This document shows positions 35,637 through 47,278 of a stretch of 64,000 nucleotides of DNA, piece after piece. The DNA is taken from contig CM060733.1 in the NCBI GenBank assembly GCA_030704615.1, positions 47,368,001-47,432,000 on the forward strand, in the 5' to 3' direction. The notes beneath the pieces were generated by a model. That model worked only from the letters and a program-made list of their open reading frames with translations. It was not told the DNA's origin and ran no database searches. Made by a program: the position numbers and the translations under genes. The stretch comes from Takakia lepidozioides (lineage: Eukaryota; Plantae; Bryophyta). Position 1 is the first letter of the stretch; every line of letters starts with the position of its first letter.

Positions 35637-38600
35637 ATGAGTCACAGTAGGGCGGGGATGGGAGGAGGTGGGGGTGGCTCGGCTGGAATACCTGCGAGTT
35701 CGCGGAAGGTGGTGCAGAGCCTCAAGGAGATTGTGGGGAACAGCGATGATGAGATCTATGCAATGCTCAAAGAGTGTAACATGGATTTGGACGAGACTGC
35801 GCAACGGCTTCTCAACCAGGGTGCTTTTTCATATGCTCTACCCCTGCATTCTGCTTCAATTTGCTCTGCTTCTCGCATGCGCCAGACTCCTAACCTAGCA
35901 CAACCTATTGATGTTTAGTGTTTTTCTTTCTCCTTTTTCGTGCCTTATAGCACTTCTTTATCCTTTCTCCTTCTGCATGTCTGGTTCTGGCAACCCTGTG
36001 CCTCACCAGTCCACAATATGCTCACTTACAGGTTTGAGTATACAGGTGTCTCCATTTATTGCGACTCTTTTTGAATATAAATATCCGCTGCGTGGGTTCG
36101 TGTGCCAGTACTTTTCTAGCGATGGTTTCTCTGTGTCTGTTCGCAGTCTTTAATGCTTCTGTTCTCGATACAAGTCCTGCATTGTACTTCATTCTACCCA
36201 TCCCACACATCCAAAGCTCACTGGAAAGCATAGTTCTGTTTGGGCTCATCTCCTTGCATTACTTTTTTGCATTTTTAAATCAAGGCGCTTCTGATATCAG
36301 CTTCTCCTGGTCCTCGTTTTTTGTTGCGTAGATCTCTTCTCTTCGGAATTCATGGTCTCACTGTTATCTTTGCTTATGGCCTGTAAAGTTCTTAGTTTTA
36401 CTGCCTTCTTTGGCCCAGGGTATTCTCTTTCAGTTGCCTTTTTCCTTGCATGCGCGTCAATCCAAAGTCAGCTGTGTTTGTTCTGTGTTTCTCAAGGACA
36501 TGGACGTGCCTCTGCACCAGAGAAGCTAGGGTTAATGGGATCTCAACATGTCTTGATAATGTGTATGTTCGCTCTCTTGTTTTTGCAGGAGGTATTGGAG
36601 CTGCGCCTCTCCCCTGCTACTTCAAAGCTCCCTCAGCGATATACTCTAATTAAGTTTGTGCCTGTCTTGCTGTCTGTTTCGGGTTGTCTGTTGCGCGTTG
36701 ACGATTCTTTGCTTTGGTGGTGGTTGTGCAGACCCTTTTCATGAAGTAAAACGAAAGAGGGATAAGAAGAAAGAGGTGAGGTCCGTTCCAGATATCCAGA
36801 TGAACAAGTGTTGTTAGAGCATTAGCTTTTTTATGGGCTATGGTAAACTGATCTTTCTAATATGTGGACTTACGTGTATGGCAGGAGAAAATGATGGAAA
36901 CAAGTTTGTAAGCTTTTTGGTGACCAGGATGTTACCCTCTTATCTTTGTTGTTTATGTTCTACAAGTCTTCCCATTCTGCCCTATTTCAGGCTGCTCACT
37001 TCATTTTAATATTTTGTTACACAACAGGCTTGCCTCACACAGCATTGGAAGTATTGATGAGCAAATCATCCTTCCTTCTATCCAATTGGAGAGATACTTT
37101 GACTGCCACTGTTTACATGTTCTAATGCATTGATGTAACTAACAGTTGATTTCCTTATTCAGTAACAGTGTCACATGGATTATGTTGCTAGATTTTGTTG
37201 AGTTCATCTCTAGCTTCTGTTACACTTAAAATATCTCTTTCTGAACTACTCTCTACTGTCCAAGAGAAGGGAGGGAGTTCAAGGTATGTGATTAGTGATG
37301 AGAAATTGGTTTTGTAGGGTGGACCAAACAAGGATTCATCAGACATGAGAGGGAGGTCTGGCAGTGGCGGCTTCTCCAATCGAGGTGGCCGTGGCTCTGG
37401 TCGGGGCAGCTCCATTTCCCGTAATGTTTCACAAGGTGAACCTTTAATGTTTTCTCTTATCTCATGTCTTGATTAACATCTTTGTGCACGAGCGTTTTTA
37501 GCCTCGACCCACTTTAATAGTGGCAGAAATAAGCTCTTCAATATTTATCAATCTGAAAGGATTTTGAGAGTGGGTCCAATTAAGACTGTCTACTGGTGAC
37601 TGAAGAGAGCTTTCTCGCTAATATACCCTCCATCTAAATGACATGAGTAGATCATACGGGTGGCCGCGGCAAGCCCTTTGCAAGAGAGAATGGGATTCAT
37701 CCCAGCACAAGGGGACCCAGTGCAGCCTCTACTCCCAGTCCATCAGCTCCAATATACAGTCAACCCAAGCCTGTGCCTTCTGGTTCTAGGTGAGAATCAT
37801 CTGCAGTTGCTAAGTTGGCTGTTGTCATTGGTTTTGCCTATACTTTGCTGTGCATTCTAGCCTTTCTGGCAGTTCCTGTTCCTCTGGTTGTTAGTAGATC
37901 AGTATTTATGTTTTGGGAACAAAGGAAATCTCTCTTGGATGCTGATGTGTTCAACTGTGGCTGTAACCACCCTAGATGGCTCAAGTAATTGAAGTCTAGG
38001 TACACATCTGTAGTGTGTTGACTTCAAATTAGGTGAATGGTTTCTCTGGATTTTTGGAGCAGCAGCACAGGGCCAGCTTCAACAGTTAGCAGCTCAGGGA
38101 GCCTCCCAAATGGAAGTTCTCTCTATTCACGGTCGCCGCCGGTTCCACAAGGGGCATGGGGCTCAGGACATGCAACTATGGCAGACATGCTGAAATCCAA
38201 TGGTGCTCCACCAAACCCACCTATTCTGACCCAGGCCTCTTCTCCTACCATGGTGCAACCTGCTGTGAGCCAGTCTTACCTATCAGGTGCACCAATTGCA
38301 TCGACGGCAGTGTCATCTGGTTTTTACTCCTCCCCTACCGATCCTGTGCTTCATCCATCCTTGGATCCTCGTGCCACAGGGCCACAAGGTGCGATTAAGC
38401 GTGTTGTGGGAACAGTGGGGCACCAACGTCCTATAGGTGATCGACCATCGACTTCTATCACTAATGAGACCGCAACTGTTTCAATGGCTCCATCACAGCC
38501 ATCGCACATCACACAAGCCATTGTGGCTCCTGCATCTGGTAATTTGGAGACAGAGGTTCAGTCAAACAGGCCCTCCACACCTCCCCTGGCAGTTTCCCCT

Positions 38601-41567
38601 CCATTGTTGCAAGACCCACCTGTGAATCAAGCTGCTCTAACTGAACCCAGCATTTCTGTTGGGTCTCAAACCCACCAGGTGGGAGGTGCCATCCCCACCG
38701 GCATGACAGGTACTGCAGGTTCGAGACAAGTATTAGGTGGATCTCAATTCACTGGCAGGCCCGCTTATCCTCCTCAGCAACAGCCGCCGGTTGGTACGCA
38801 AAAAGGTAACCATGTTCTTGGTTGTAGTAAACAGCCTAGCGACGGGATGCACAAGTTTCTGGTTGTGGCAGATTCTGCTAGACTGAGGCAATAGCTGAGT
38901 TTGAAATGCTCAGTGCTACCATTTCCCTATGGTTTGTACTAGTATGATAGAGGCAGGTGATGTATCTTGACAATCTTCATGTGAGCCCCGACTGCATTTC
39001 CTACCTCGAATCTTGTGTAGAGAACATGGTTAGTCTGCAGCATCCTGACATTGAGATGTGGGGGCAGAGTGGAAGCCCAAAGGAGCAGTGCAGAACTCCC
39101 TAGGAGTGGTTACAGAGGCGCCAGAGCCTCCAATAGTGGCAAGGGAGACAAGCAGAATGACTTCCCAACTGCATGCACTCAACATGCATGATGATCAGCC
39201 AGTGATCATTCCCAATCATCTTCAGGTGCCTGAAGCAGACCGCACACGCTTGAGCTTTGGCAGTTTTACTGCTGGCTTTGGAACAAGCTTTTCAGCAGGC
39301 TTTGGTGCTGAGGAGGCGAACAATAGCTCATTGACTATTGTGGAGAGTGCACCAGCAGTGGAGACACCAGTAGAGCAGCCTACCCCTGCCAGGTAATGAA
39401 CTTTGTGCAATGGTGGGGCTAACCAATCTTTGCTGCCCTCTGCTTGATGATCTGACGTGAAAATAAGCATCAGGGAATCTTAAGAAGATGTGGAGTGGTC
39501 TACAGTATGTAGTTTCTTTTGTAGTGTGGGTGAGCCAGCCCTTTGCTTGGCAATGATATGCACTGTGTCATCATAGGTGCTGGTTTGGGTTTTTGCGTAT
39601 TGTGCATCCTCATTGTGGGCTTAGCTAACTTGACATCCATCGTAGTAGTCACCTGCTGTTGGTGCACTGTTAATATATGTTGAAAGAGAGAATCATGGAC
39701 TGGACTAAGGATTGGCATAACCTGTGTCTGGGTTGCAGCGTTGTGGTGCCTGTGGCATTGGCTCAAAGCTATGTGCATCCAGCAGCGCCCGCACCTGTGG
39801 AGAACATGATTTCAAGCGACGAAGTGGCCTCTGTCACCCTTCCAGCCCAAGTGGCTCCTCAGCTGGAGCTACCAAAACCTGATCCAGTAGTGCAGCAAAT
39901 CCCCCAGTATCCTTATTTGCCAGCCGTGACAAATTATCCCACGTTTAACTTGATTCCGCAGATGCCTGTTGGTCAGTATTCATATGAGCCAGCAGATACG
40001 CAAACACAGGATGTCTCACGACTGCCCAACTTGATGGTACAATACCTTTCTTTCTGTCAAGGACAGTCATATCTTGAAGTCCATGTATCATTCTTTGAAT
40101 CAGTTGCATGGAATAATATTATGTGTGATGCATGATTAGGTCAGATTACAAGGGTTGTGAATCCTACTGTATGCCCCATGGTCTGCACAAGAGAGATGCT
40201 ATACATTGTGAAAGATTGGTGATGAAGTGTTGGTTGGGATTGCAGCAACCATACACAGATCCATCCACTAGCTACTACCCACCTGCTTTCCGTCCAGGCA
40301 CAGATGGAGATGCACGATATCCTCCCTTTATGACATCAAATACACCAAAACAGTATAATGGCAATATGGGCCTCATGACTGGTGCTAGTCTTCCATCGAA
40401 TCAAGAGGTCAGAAATCTGCTCATTCTGTTTTGACGGCTGGTGATGGTAGACAGTTGCAGCAGCTTAGAGGACTGACATTTATGGAATTGTTGTTGGGTG
40501 CAGAGTGGGAACTCTATGTTGGCATCATCAGGGCCGAGTTCTGCACCCACATCCCAACCTCTGAATAACCCGCAGACTCCCAGCATGGCTCAACAAGCAC
40601 TGCCAATGCATGCATATTCAGCTCAGCCGCCACCAGGCCATTTTGGTAATATGTTTGGCTACCAGTATGTGCCGTCCAACTATACGTACATGCATGCACC
40701 TTATCAGCATAATTATAGTCCAGGTAACAGTGCGTATGCCCAGCCACCCACAGGCTCAACGTATCCTCCAGCTTCCCCTTCCGCGTACCCGGCGGGCGGT
40801 GGTGCCCCTGTCAAATATCCTCTGACGCAATATAAGTCTGGTGCCTCTGGCAATGCTCCTCATTCTGCGGCTGCTGGGGTTTATGGAGGCTACACCACTG
40901 CACCTTCAGGATATGCCACCATTCCCACAGTGACAGCTGCTAATGCAACTGGATATGATGATGTTGGTGGACCTCAGTACAAAGACAACACTCTCTACAT
41001 CCCAAACCAGCAGGTAATACATGTCCGTCAGTACACATCATTTTGTTTTGAGTTGTTATCTTAAAGTCATGGTTTGATTTTAGGTCTCTTCGGCAGTGTC
41101 AGCCCAAGCAGAGACTGTAGATCTCCCCACTGGACTATACTTTTCTCAGTGCATCCAGGTCTACTTTGTTGTGATTGGAAGGAAACAGGCATCTTGTCAC
41201 CTCTTCTATAATAGAAAAGCAGGTAGGATTTTGAAGGCAAGTTGATGTTGGTGCTATGCAGGGGGAGGGAGTGTGGATTCAGACTCCTGTACCACGAGAC
41301 ATGGGGCCCACAGCAGGCATGCAGACTAGTTCGTATTACAATCTGGCCGGCCAAGGCCAGCACAGTGCATATGGTCACACACAGCAACCCACACATACCC
41401 ACCCTGCTGCAGCATATGCAAATGTCTACCAGTCAGGTCCTGCTCCCAATGCACATCAGTTGCTGCAACAACCCCAGGCCATGGGTGGTGGGGGTGCTGG
41501 CAGTGGGCAAGCTGGAGCTTACCAGCAACCACAACGTGCACAACAGACGTGGCCGAACAGCTACTAA
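35637..41567 (+). CDS. GBF-interacting protein 1-like (DUF1296, UBA-like N-terminus), ~10 exons
   Basis: IPASSRKVVQSLKEIVGNSDDEIYAMLKECNMDLDETAQRLLNQ|DPFHEVKRKRDKKKE; GFYSSPTDPVLHPSLD; EWKPK; QPVIIPNHLQVPEADRTRLSFGSF; P/Q/Y-rich tail with VWIQTP...SSYYNL...WPNSY*. Confidence 0.92.
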
Positions 41568-44009
41568 CTGCAAGCTGGGTATGGAGAATGCTGACTTCAC
41601 CTAAATTGATGATCATCATGTAGTTTGCAGTGGCTGCAGGAGCCACTTTAGGAGGTCTGATTTTAGTTGGGTAGGCAGAATTAGCTGGCCCAAGAGAGGA
41701 GGCCTAAGAAGAGTGTACATAAAAGTTTGACGAAAATGGTAGTATGTTAAAGGCAAATGAGAATCTTGGTCTTTGCCAGATACGTGTTTAATTATGATGG
41801 TTTTTACATGCTTGATGACATAGATTGGTGCGGAAGCTCAGAACACGTATCATTTCATAATGTCATACTCCCTCACCAGGTCCGATCGCTGTTGTGGCGG
41901 TCGATTGATGCCGTTCTTTTATATTTGTGGATACATAGTGTTGTCCTAGTGCTCTCTTTTTTACTCTCAAATTTACTTTTTATATAGTGGTTGGTTAATT
42001 ACTGGTTGCCAAGCTGGAGCCAGTGGCCTGTCTTGGACGCGGGATAAGAGTGTTCTATCAAAGTCTAAGCTGATTGGAACTATTCACGATTCTTACAGAA
42101 CTCGCATCCGTTACTTCTGCACCCATGTGCAAGCGCAGATGGATCACGATGTTGTGTCATTGATCGATGATTAGCCTGGGGAACAACTATGCTCTTTTCG
42201 TTTGAGAAGAGGTCACATGCTGCTGCTCGGCCGACTTTTTGGGTACTGGCAGATGCAATGACTTCTGGTTCAGCTTTGTTGTCTCATTAACTAGTTTTTG
42301 TTGGGACTTGGAGCATCACTAGGCAACAGATTTGAAGAGGCTTTTGACCTCCATGATTTAGCTTAGTTTTGGAGGTGTTCATAGTGTTGATATCATGTTC
42401 CCTTTCGCGCTAGACGTAGTTCTTCATGGCAACTTCAACAAAATTGATGTCAAGTACACTTTCTCTTACATGTGCATTGCGGACTATGTGCAGTAAGTGA
42501 CCACAATGTATGGGAGGTGAAGCGGAGAGGGTTCAAGATCCACCTTTGCTGGTGTAAATTATGGAATGAAAATTTTGGGGGTTGTCGTAGTGTAATATGG
42601 TGTGGTGTGGTGGTTGTTTCTATATGCCGGGAAGCTTTGTGAAGTGAAGTAGCAGAATTTATAACTTCAACCTCAATAAGATATTCTTTTTTAGCAAGTA
42701 TTTGGAGACTGTTTTGGTAAGTCGCTAATGGCCATCACTTTCACTGCAATTCAGTTAGTATCTGAAGATCATATTTCAATGAAATTGGCGAGCCTTGTGT
42801 TGCAACTCGTCTCAAGTACCCACAGAAACTTGACAACCAGTGAAGGTTTGATCGTCCCATTTAGTGTTGTCATGGGATAATTGGATATAAAGCGCTTGAT
42901 GGTTGAAACATCATTGTCTTCCCTTATCCCCTAGGGGGTGTCACGTGAAGCTTGGGACCCACACCAAATGATCACTAAGCGTTATATTTATAAAGCCTCT
43001 AGTTTTCCTTTACTGTTCTTTTAAGGTAAGCAAACCTGGGAGTTACACTGGGAAACAGGCCCTCTAAAGAATTAGCCCCCTTTTATGTAAGCATGCAACT
43101 TCATGCAAGAGTACAGGAAAGGTAGACTATTCCCAGACAGACGTCTATGAATCTGCGTCACCCAGGAAGATTACAGGGCCAAACCACTGGGGTGATACAA
43201 AGTGCACTATGAAACCCAGCTACCAACTTAAGGTGTTTCTACAACTTCACTGAAAAAGACCAAGTGCACATTAACCTGAAGAACAATATTTGTCATTCTC
43301 AAATTATGTACAGATTGCCTGAACCCAATTACCAGACCACTACCAAATGTGGACTGAAAACATGGCAGCTAACATAGTTGAGAGCTGAATAAACTTATGG
43401 CCAAAGGCAGGCAGGCCTGATGACAATAGGTATTATACTCCCTCCTTCTGGTTACCCTACTCTTCTACAGTTATGCAATACACTAGACCACACACCTGGG
43501 CTTATTGAGAAAGCAGAAATGCTCTTCACAGATATACAACCGTCGAACCAACCGCTACTTCATACCTGATCACTTCCTCCAAATATATCCCCTAGTTGAT
43601 ACTACATTGACCTGGGGCCATGGGCTAGTTCAAACCCAAAGCTGTAAAAGAAGCAGACAACATTTGAGGAAGAGTTGACCCAGCCACTTCTTGCCCGTAA
43701 AATTCAGTCTGCACAACCCTGCAAAACTCATCCACTATGCTCAATCAAACCAGCCAATCGACACAGAGGCATCAAACAAAGAACTGCCACAAAACTTCAA
43801 CAATGCCTTTTCACTCATGCTGGCAATATCTGTAAAATAGTTAGAATTCCTGAAAGAATGTACTAATAGTAACACATAGAAGCCCTTGAGATCCTATGAT
43901 GGGCAAGCACAAGTTACACACAACAGCCACTGAAGCCCTCAGCCCGGTTCTTATTTTTTACTCTAGTATAGATGACTTACCCTAGCAAGCACTTCACTGT
44001 GTTGCTCCT

Positions 44010-46271
44010 CTAAGAGTTAGGGCAACTCTGCTGGCACTCATGACCCTCTGCATACGCAGTGGGGCCCATGCTACTTGAGCCACTAGCATTAGAAAGTGGA
44101 AGACGAGTCACTAAAGATCCATTAGAAGCAGCTGATGAGTCGTGCTGCTTGTCTGTTGACTCCAGTGACATACGCTCCAAGACACGCTCCACACCTGCAC
44201 TCATTTCGCGAGCTCGGTCCCCCAAATCTGCTATGACTCCATTCCGCGTTCGTAACCTTTCTCTAAACCCTCGCGTGTTCTTGGTTAAGGACTCCTTGTA
44301 CCTGCCACCATCACAACCAGTTGCTCACCATCACAAACAGCAGTAGTTTGTGAAAAAGAATCCTCATGCTGAGTCCTAGAAACGCTGCTGTCCTCGAAGT
44401 TTGACTCTGAGACGCTCGCTGTCATCGAGATTTCAATGACTCTGAAAATGAGTGAAGCTCTGGAGATTCGGTTGTGTGTTGACTCTCCTCAGTGTCTAGC
44501 AGTACTCTCTGCCTGCTTGCAAAAACCAAATTAGTGGGACTTACACACTCGCAGAAAACATAAACAACCAGCCTGGCAGATTCAAAAAGTTGCGGAGGGC
44601 GATGACTAAATTCCAGAAAAGAGCTGCAGATATGCAGACAAGGACAAGCCAGTGGTAAATAACCGGTGCTGCAGTCACAACCAGAAAGTCCAGCACGACC
44701 TGAGAGAATAGGAGTCCATCGCACCACTGTCACTGGCTGCAACGGACTCGGGAGTGAAGGTCAAGGCCACTGCTGGTGCCTCAGTACTTGGGTTGGCCGT
44801 TGCTGATGATGAAACAGGAACACTGGTCGTTGCACTTCCTTGTGAGTTGCCCACCAGCATAAAATGTGGGGGTCCAGGGGGAGTTGTTGAAGTCCGGAAG
44901 CGAATCGGATCTCTTCTGGCCAGCTGATGAGCTCTGCCCATGGCAGCAGCAGCCAGGTGCTGCATAATGCAATCCTCATCCCCATACGAGGCGTACTGTA
45001 TAAGCCAACAACAGTCCAGCTCTTACCTTCACTGGTGCCAGGAACAGTACAGATACAGCATTGATAAATGGGGTCACTCAAACATGTACAATTGGAAGTC
45101 TTACTCGGTGGAACTCATATTCCTCTACAGCAGATCCTTGGTAAGTGGAAGATGCCTGTATTTTATGATGCCGCAATGCCCGCTCACGCTCCACAGCAGC
45201 AAGCAGCTCTTGGCTGTGAAAGGGAAAGCCACAAATTAGTGCCTTGGCTTCAAAATAGGACTCAACCCAAACTTGTTGCACTTCTATTCAGCATGCTAAC
45301 CATGTCCAGGACATCAGGCAAAGTACCTGTCAGGATCATCCAAGGTGAGCGGGCGCAAGCACATAGGGCATTCCTTACTTCTTTGCGACCTGATAGCCAC
45401 AAACAACACTCTCCATCATTAAGTCGCATTTCATGTAGACCACACTTGCCTGCGCCTCGGATGCAAGCTAAATCAACATATAGCCAAGAATTCCCATAAG
45501 CACACGGTGATCTCATGCCATTAGTCAGGAGGAGTCACATCCTCACGAGCAGGCTTCAGCACTTCGTAAGGCGCCCCACCCAACCGACAAGGACTGCAAA
45601 CTTGTTGAAACAAAACAAACTCACCCAGTCAAACAAGGATGACAACGAACTCACCACTCAAGGATGCACTGAAGGTGGTACTCATGCTTGCAACTAGTCA
45701 CCTGCGTCCATCAGATCCTTGGTTAGAGGAAACCTCCTCAAGAGGCTTCCTAAAACTGCGTGATAGTTGTGCGCTCTAGCTCTCCAGTCCCAATCTCACG
45801 TCATTGTTGGACACCACCATGGATATTTCATTCAAATAAAGCCAAATTCCTCACCCTCACTGTGTGATCTCCAAGAGTAATTACGGCGATATCCTTCAGT
45901 TGCGAATTAACATGTTACCCTGTAAATCCCCCTACAAAATACTACCAACACAACAATTTCCGATTTTGACTAGGTGGACGTGGTGTCAACACCCAACCCA
46001 TCAACTAATCACACACCTTGCCCTATGGAACTGCAAATTGAGGAAACCAAAGCAAATCAGTCTCTTCCGCGGTAAGATGAAAGCTGGTAGCGCAATTGAG
46101 CAACATAGACAGCAACAAAACGCAGATCCATCCACTTCTCGACTTAAAACAAAGTGGCAGGCAGGCATACGCAGCATGGTTATAATCACAGAAGTATTCA
46201 AGACAGATGCTGCATGCATCTTCACATGCCTCCTGCACCCCCCCTTCCACAACCGCTGCTGCTGATGTCAT
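44010..46271 (-). CDS. RHF1A/RHF2A-like RING-H2 E3 ubiquitin ligase, with two apparent lesions (possible pseudogene)
   Basis: MTSAAAVVEGGVQEACEDACSICLEYFC|VTSCKHEYHLQCILEW|SQRSKECPMC...|SQELLAAVERER|IMQHLAAAAMGRA|SFSESLKSR|YKESLTKNTRGFRERL. The exon 1 donor is out of phase by 1 nt, and a TGA at 44422-44424 follows SLKSR. Confidence 0.85.
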
Positions 46272-47212
46272 CTACCCCACTCTTTAGAGTACAGCGTCCT
46301 CGCAGATCCACAATCCACACCTACCCGTTTGCAAGCAACAGAGAACCCAGCCTCAAACAAGGGGACCAGCCCAACCCCAATTTCTCGCAAAAAAGCAAAC
46401 TTGGCCTCCTTCACAGAAACCCAACAAGGTAAATCGTCCAGTGATTCTCTGCGTCCTCTATCCCTCCCCCTCTCTCTCTCCCTCTCTCTCTCTTTCCCTC
46501 TCTCCCTCTCAATCTACACACATCTCGCGCGCATCCTCGCAGAGACGAAGCTGCGAGGGTAGGGCATCACCACCGCTAACCATGGTTCCGTTCAACACCT
46601 CGATTGTGGGACCTCAGTTACTTCAGTCAGGACTTGGTTAGCTAAGTGGCCCCTGGTTTGGTTTAATCGAAAAGGAAAACGGAGTCCTGAAAATCGATTA
46701 AAGCAGGAAAAAATAAGCCTGTCGACGGTCATTTCAATGCTAAGAAGCGGATTTTAAATTTTCATTAATAAAAAAGTAATAGACTAAATAAATTTCAAGG
46801 CTTACTTTTCTTTTTCTTTTTCCTTTTTTTCTGGAAGGAACCTGAGAGACGGCTACAGGCTACATGTAAACAAGCTAAGAGTGGCCAGCCTGAAGGCAGA
46901 GGAACCCACAGGGGATTGAGCCCCAGACCGTGTCCCTGGCCAATGCACGGGATTCTTATGACTCAACGTGTAGCTACAATATTTCAAAATACCGTTTGAG
47001 GATACGATTGCTATTTATTCCAGTGCTAAAAATATATGGAGATTCGACTTTTTTTTTTTTTTTTTCCCCCGTGAAAGGGAAACACCTTGGGACAGCTCAC
47101 AAATCAGGCTCCTTAATAATTGTGAGAGGAGGAAATAACCTCTTTCAGAGTAACCTTGGCATGAGGCAGAAGGCTCAAGGACACCGTGCAAGGGAAGGGG
47201 AGAAGAACAGAT

Positions 47213-47278
47213 GTAGCTGGATTTGAACCCAGAATCACCTGGGTGGCACTCACTGCTCTATCCAACTGAGCTACTGAC
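47213..47278 (-). mobile_element. tRNA-derived SINE head / tRNA pseudogene (related fragments at ~47662-47762 on + and ~48196-48236 on -)
   Basis: Minus strand GTAGCTCAGTTGGATAGAGC (A box/D arm)...CTGGGTTCAAATCCAG (B box/T arm). The anticodon arm does not pair. A TGCCACC(C.GGTGATTC) core is shared among the copies. Confidence 0.55.

Noticed and set aside
47213-47278. Functional tRNA gene
   Set aside because: The anticodon and acceptor stems do not pair; recorded as a SINE/pseudo-tRNA instead.
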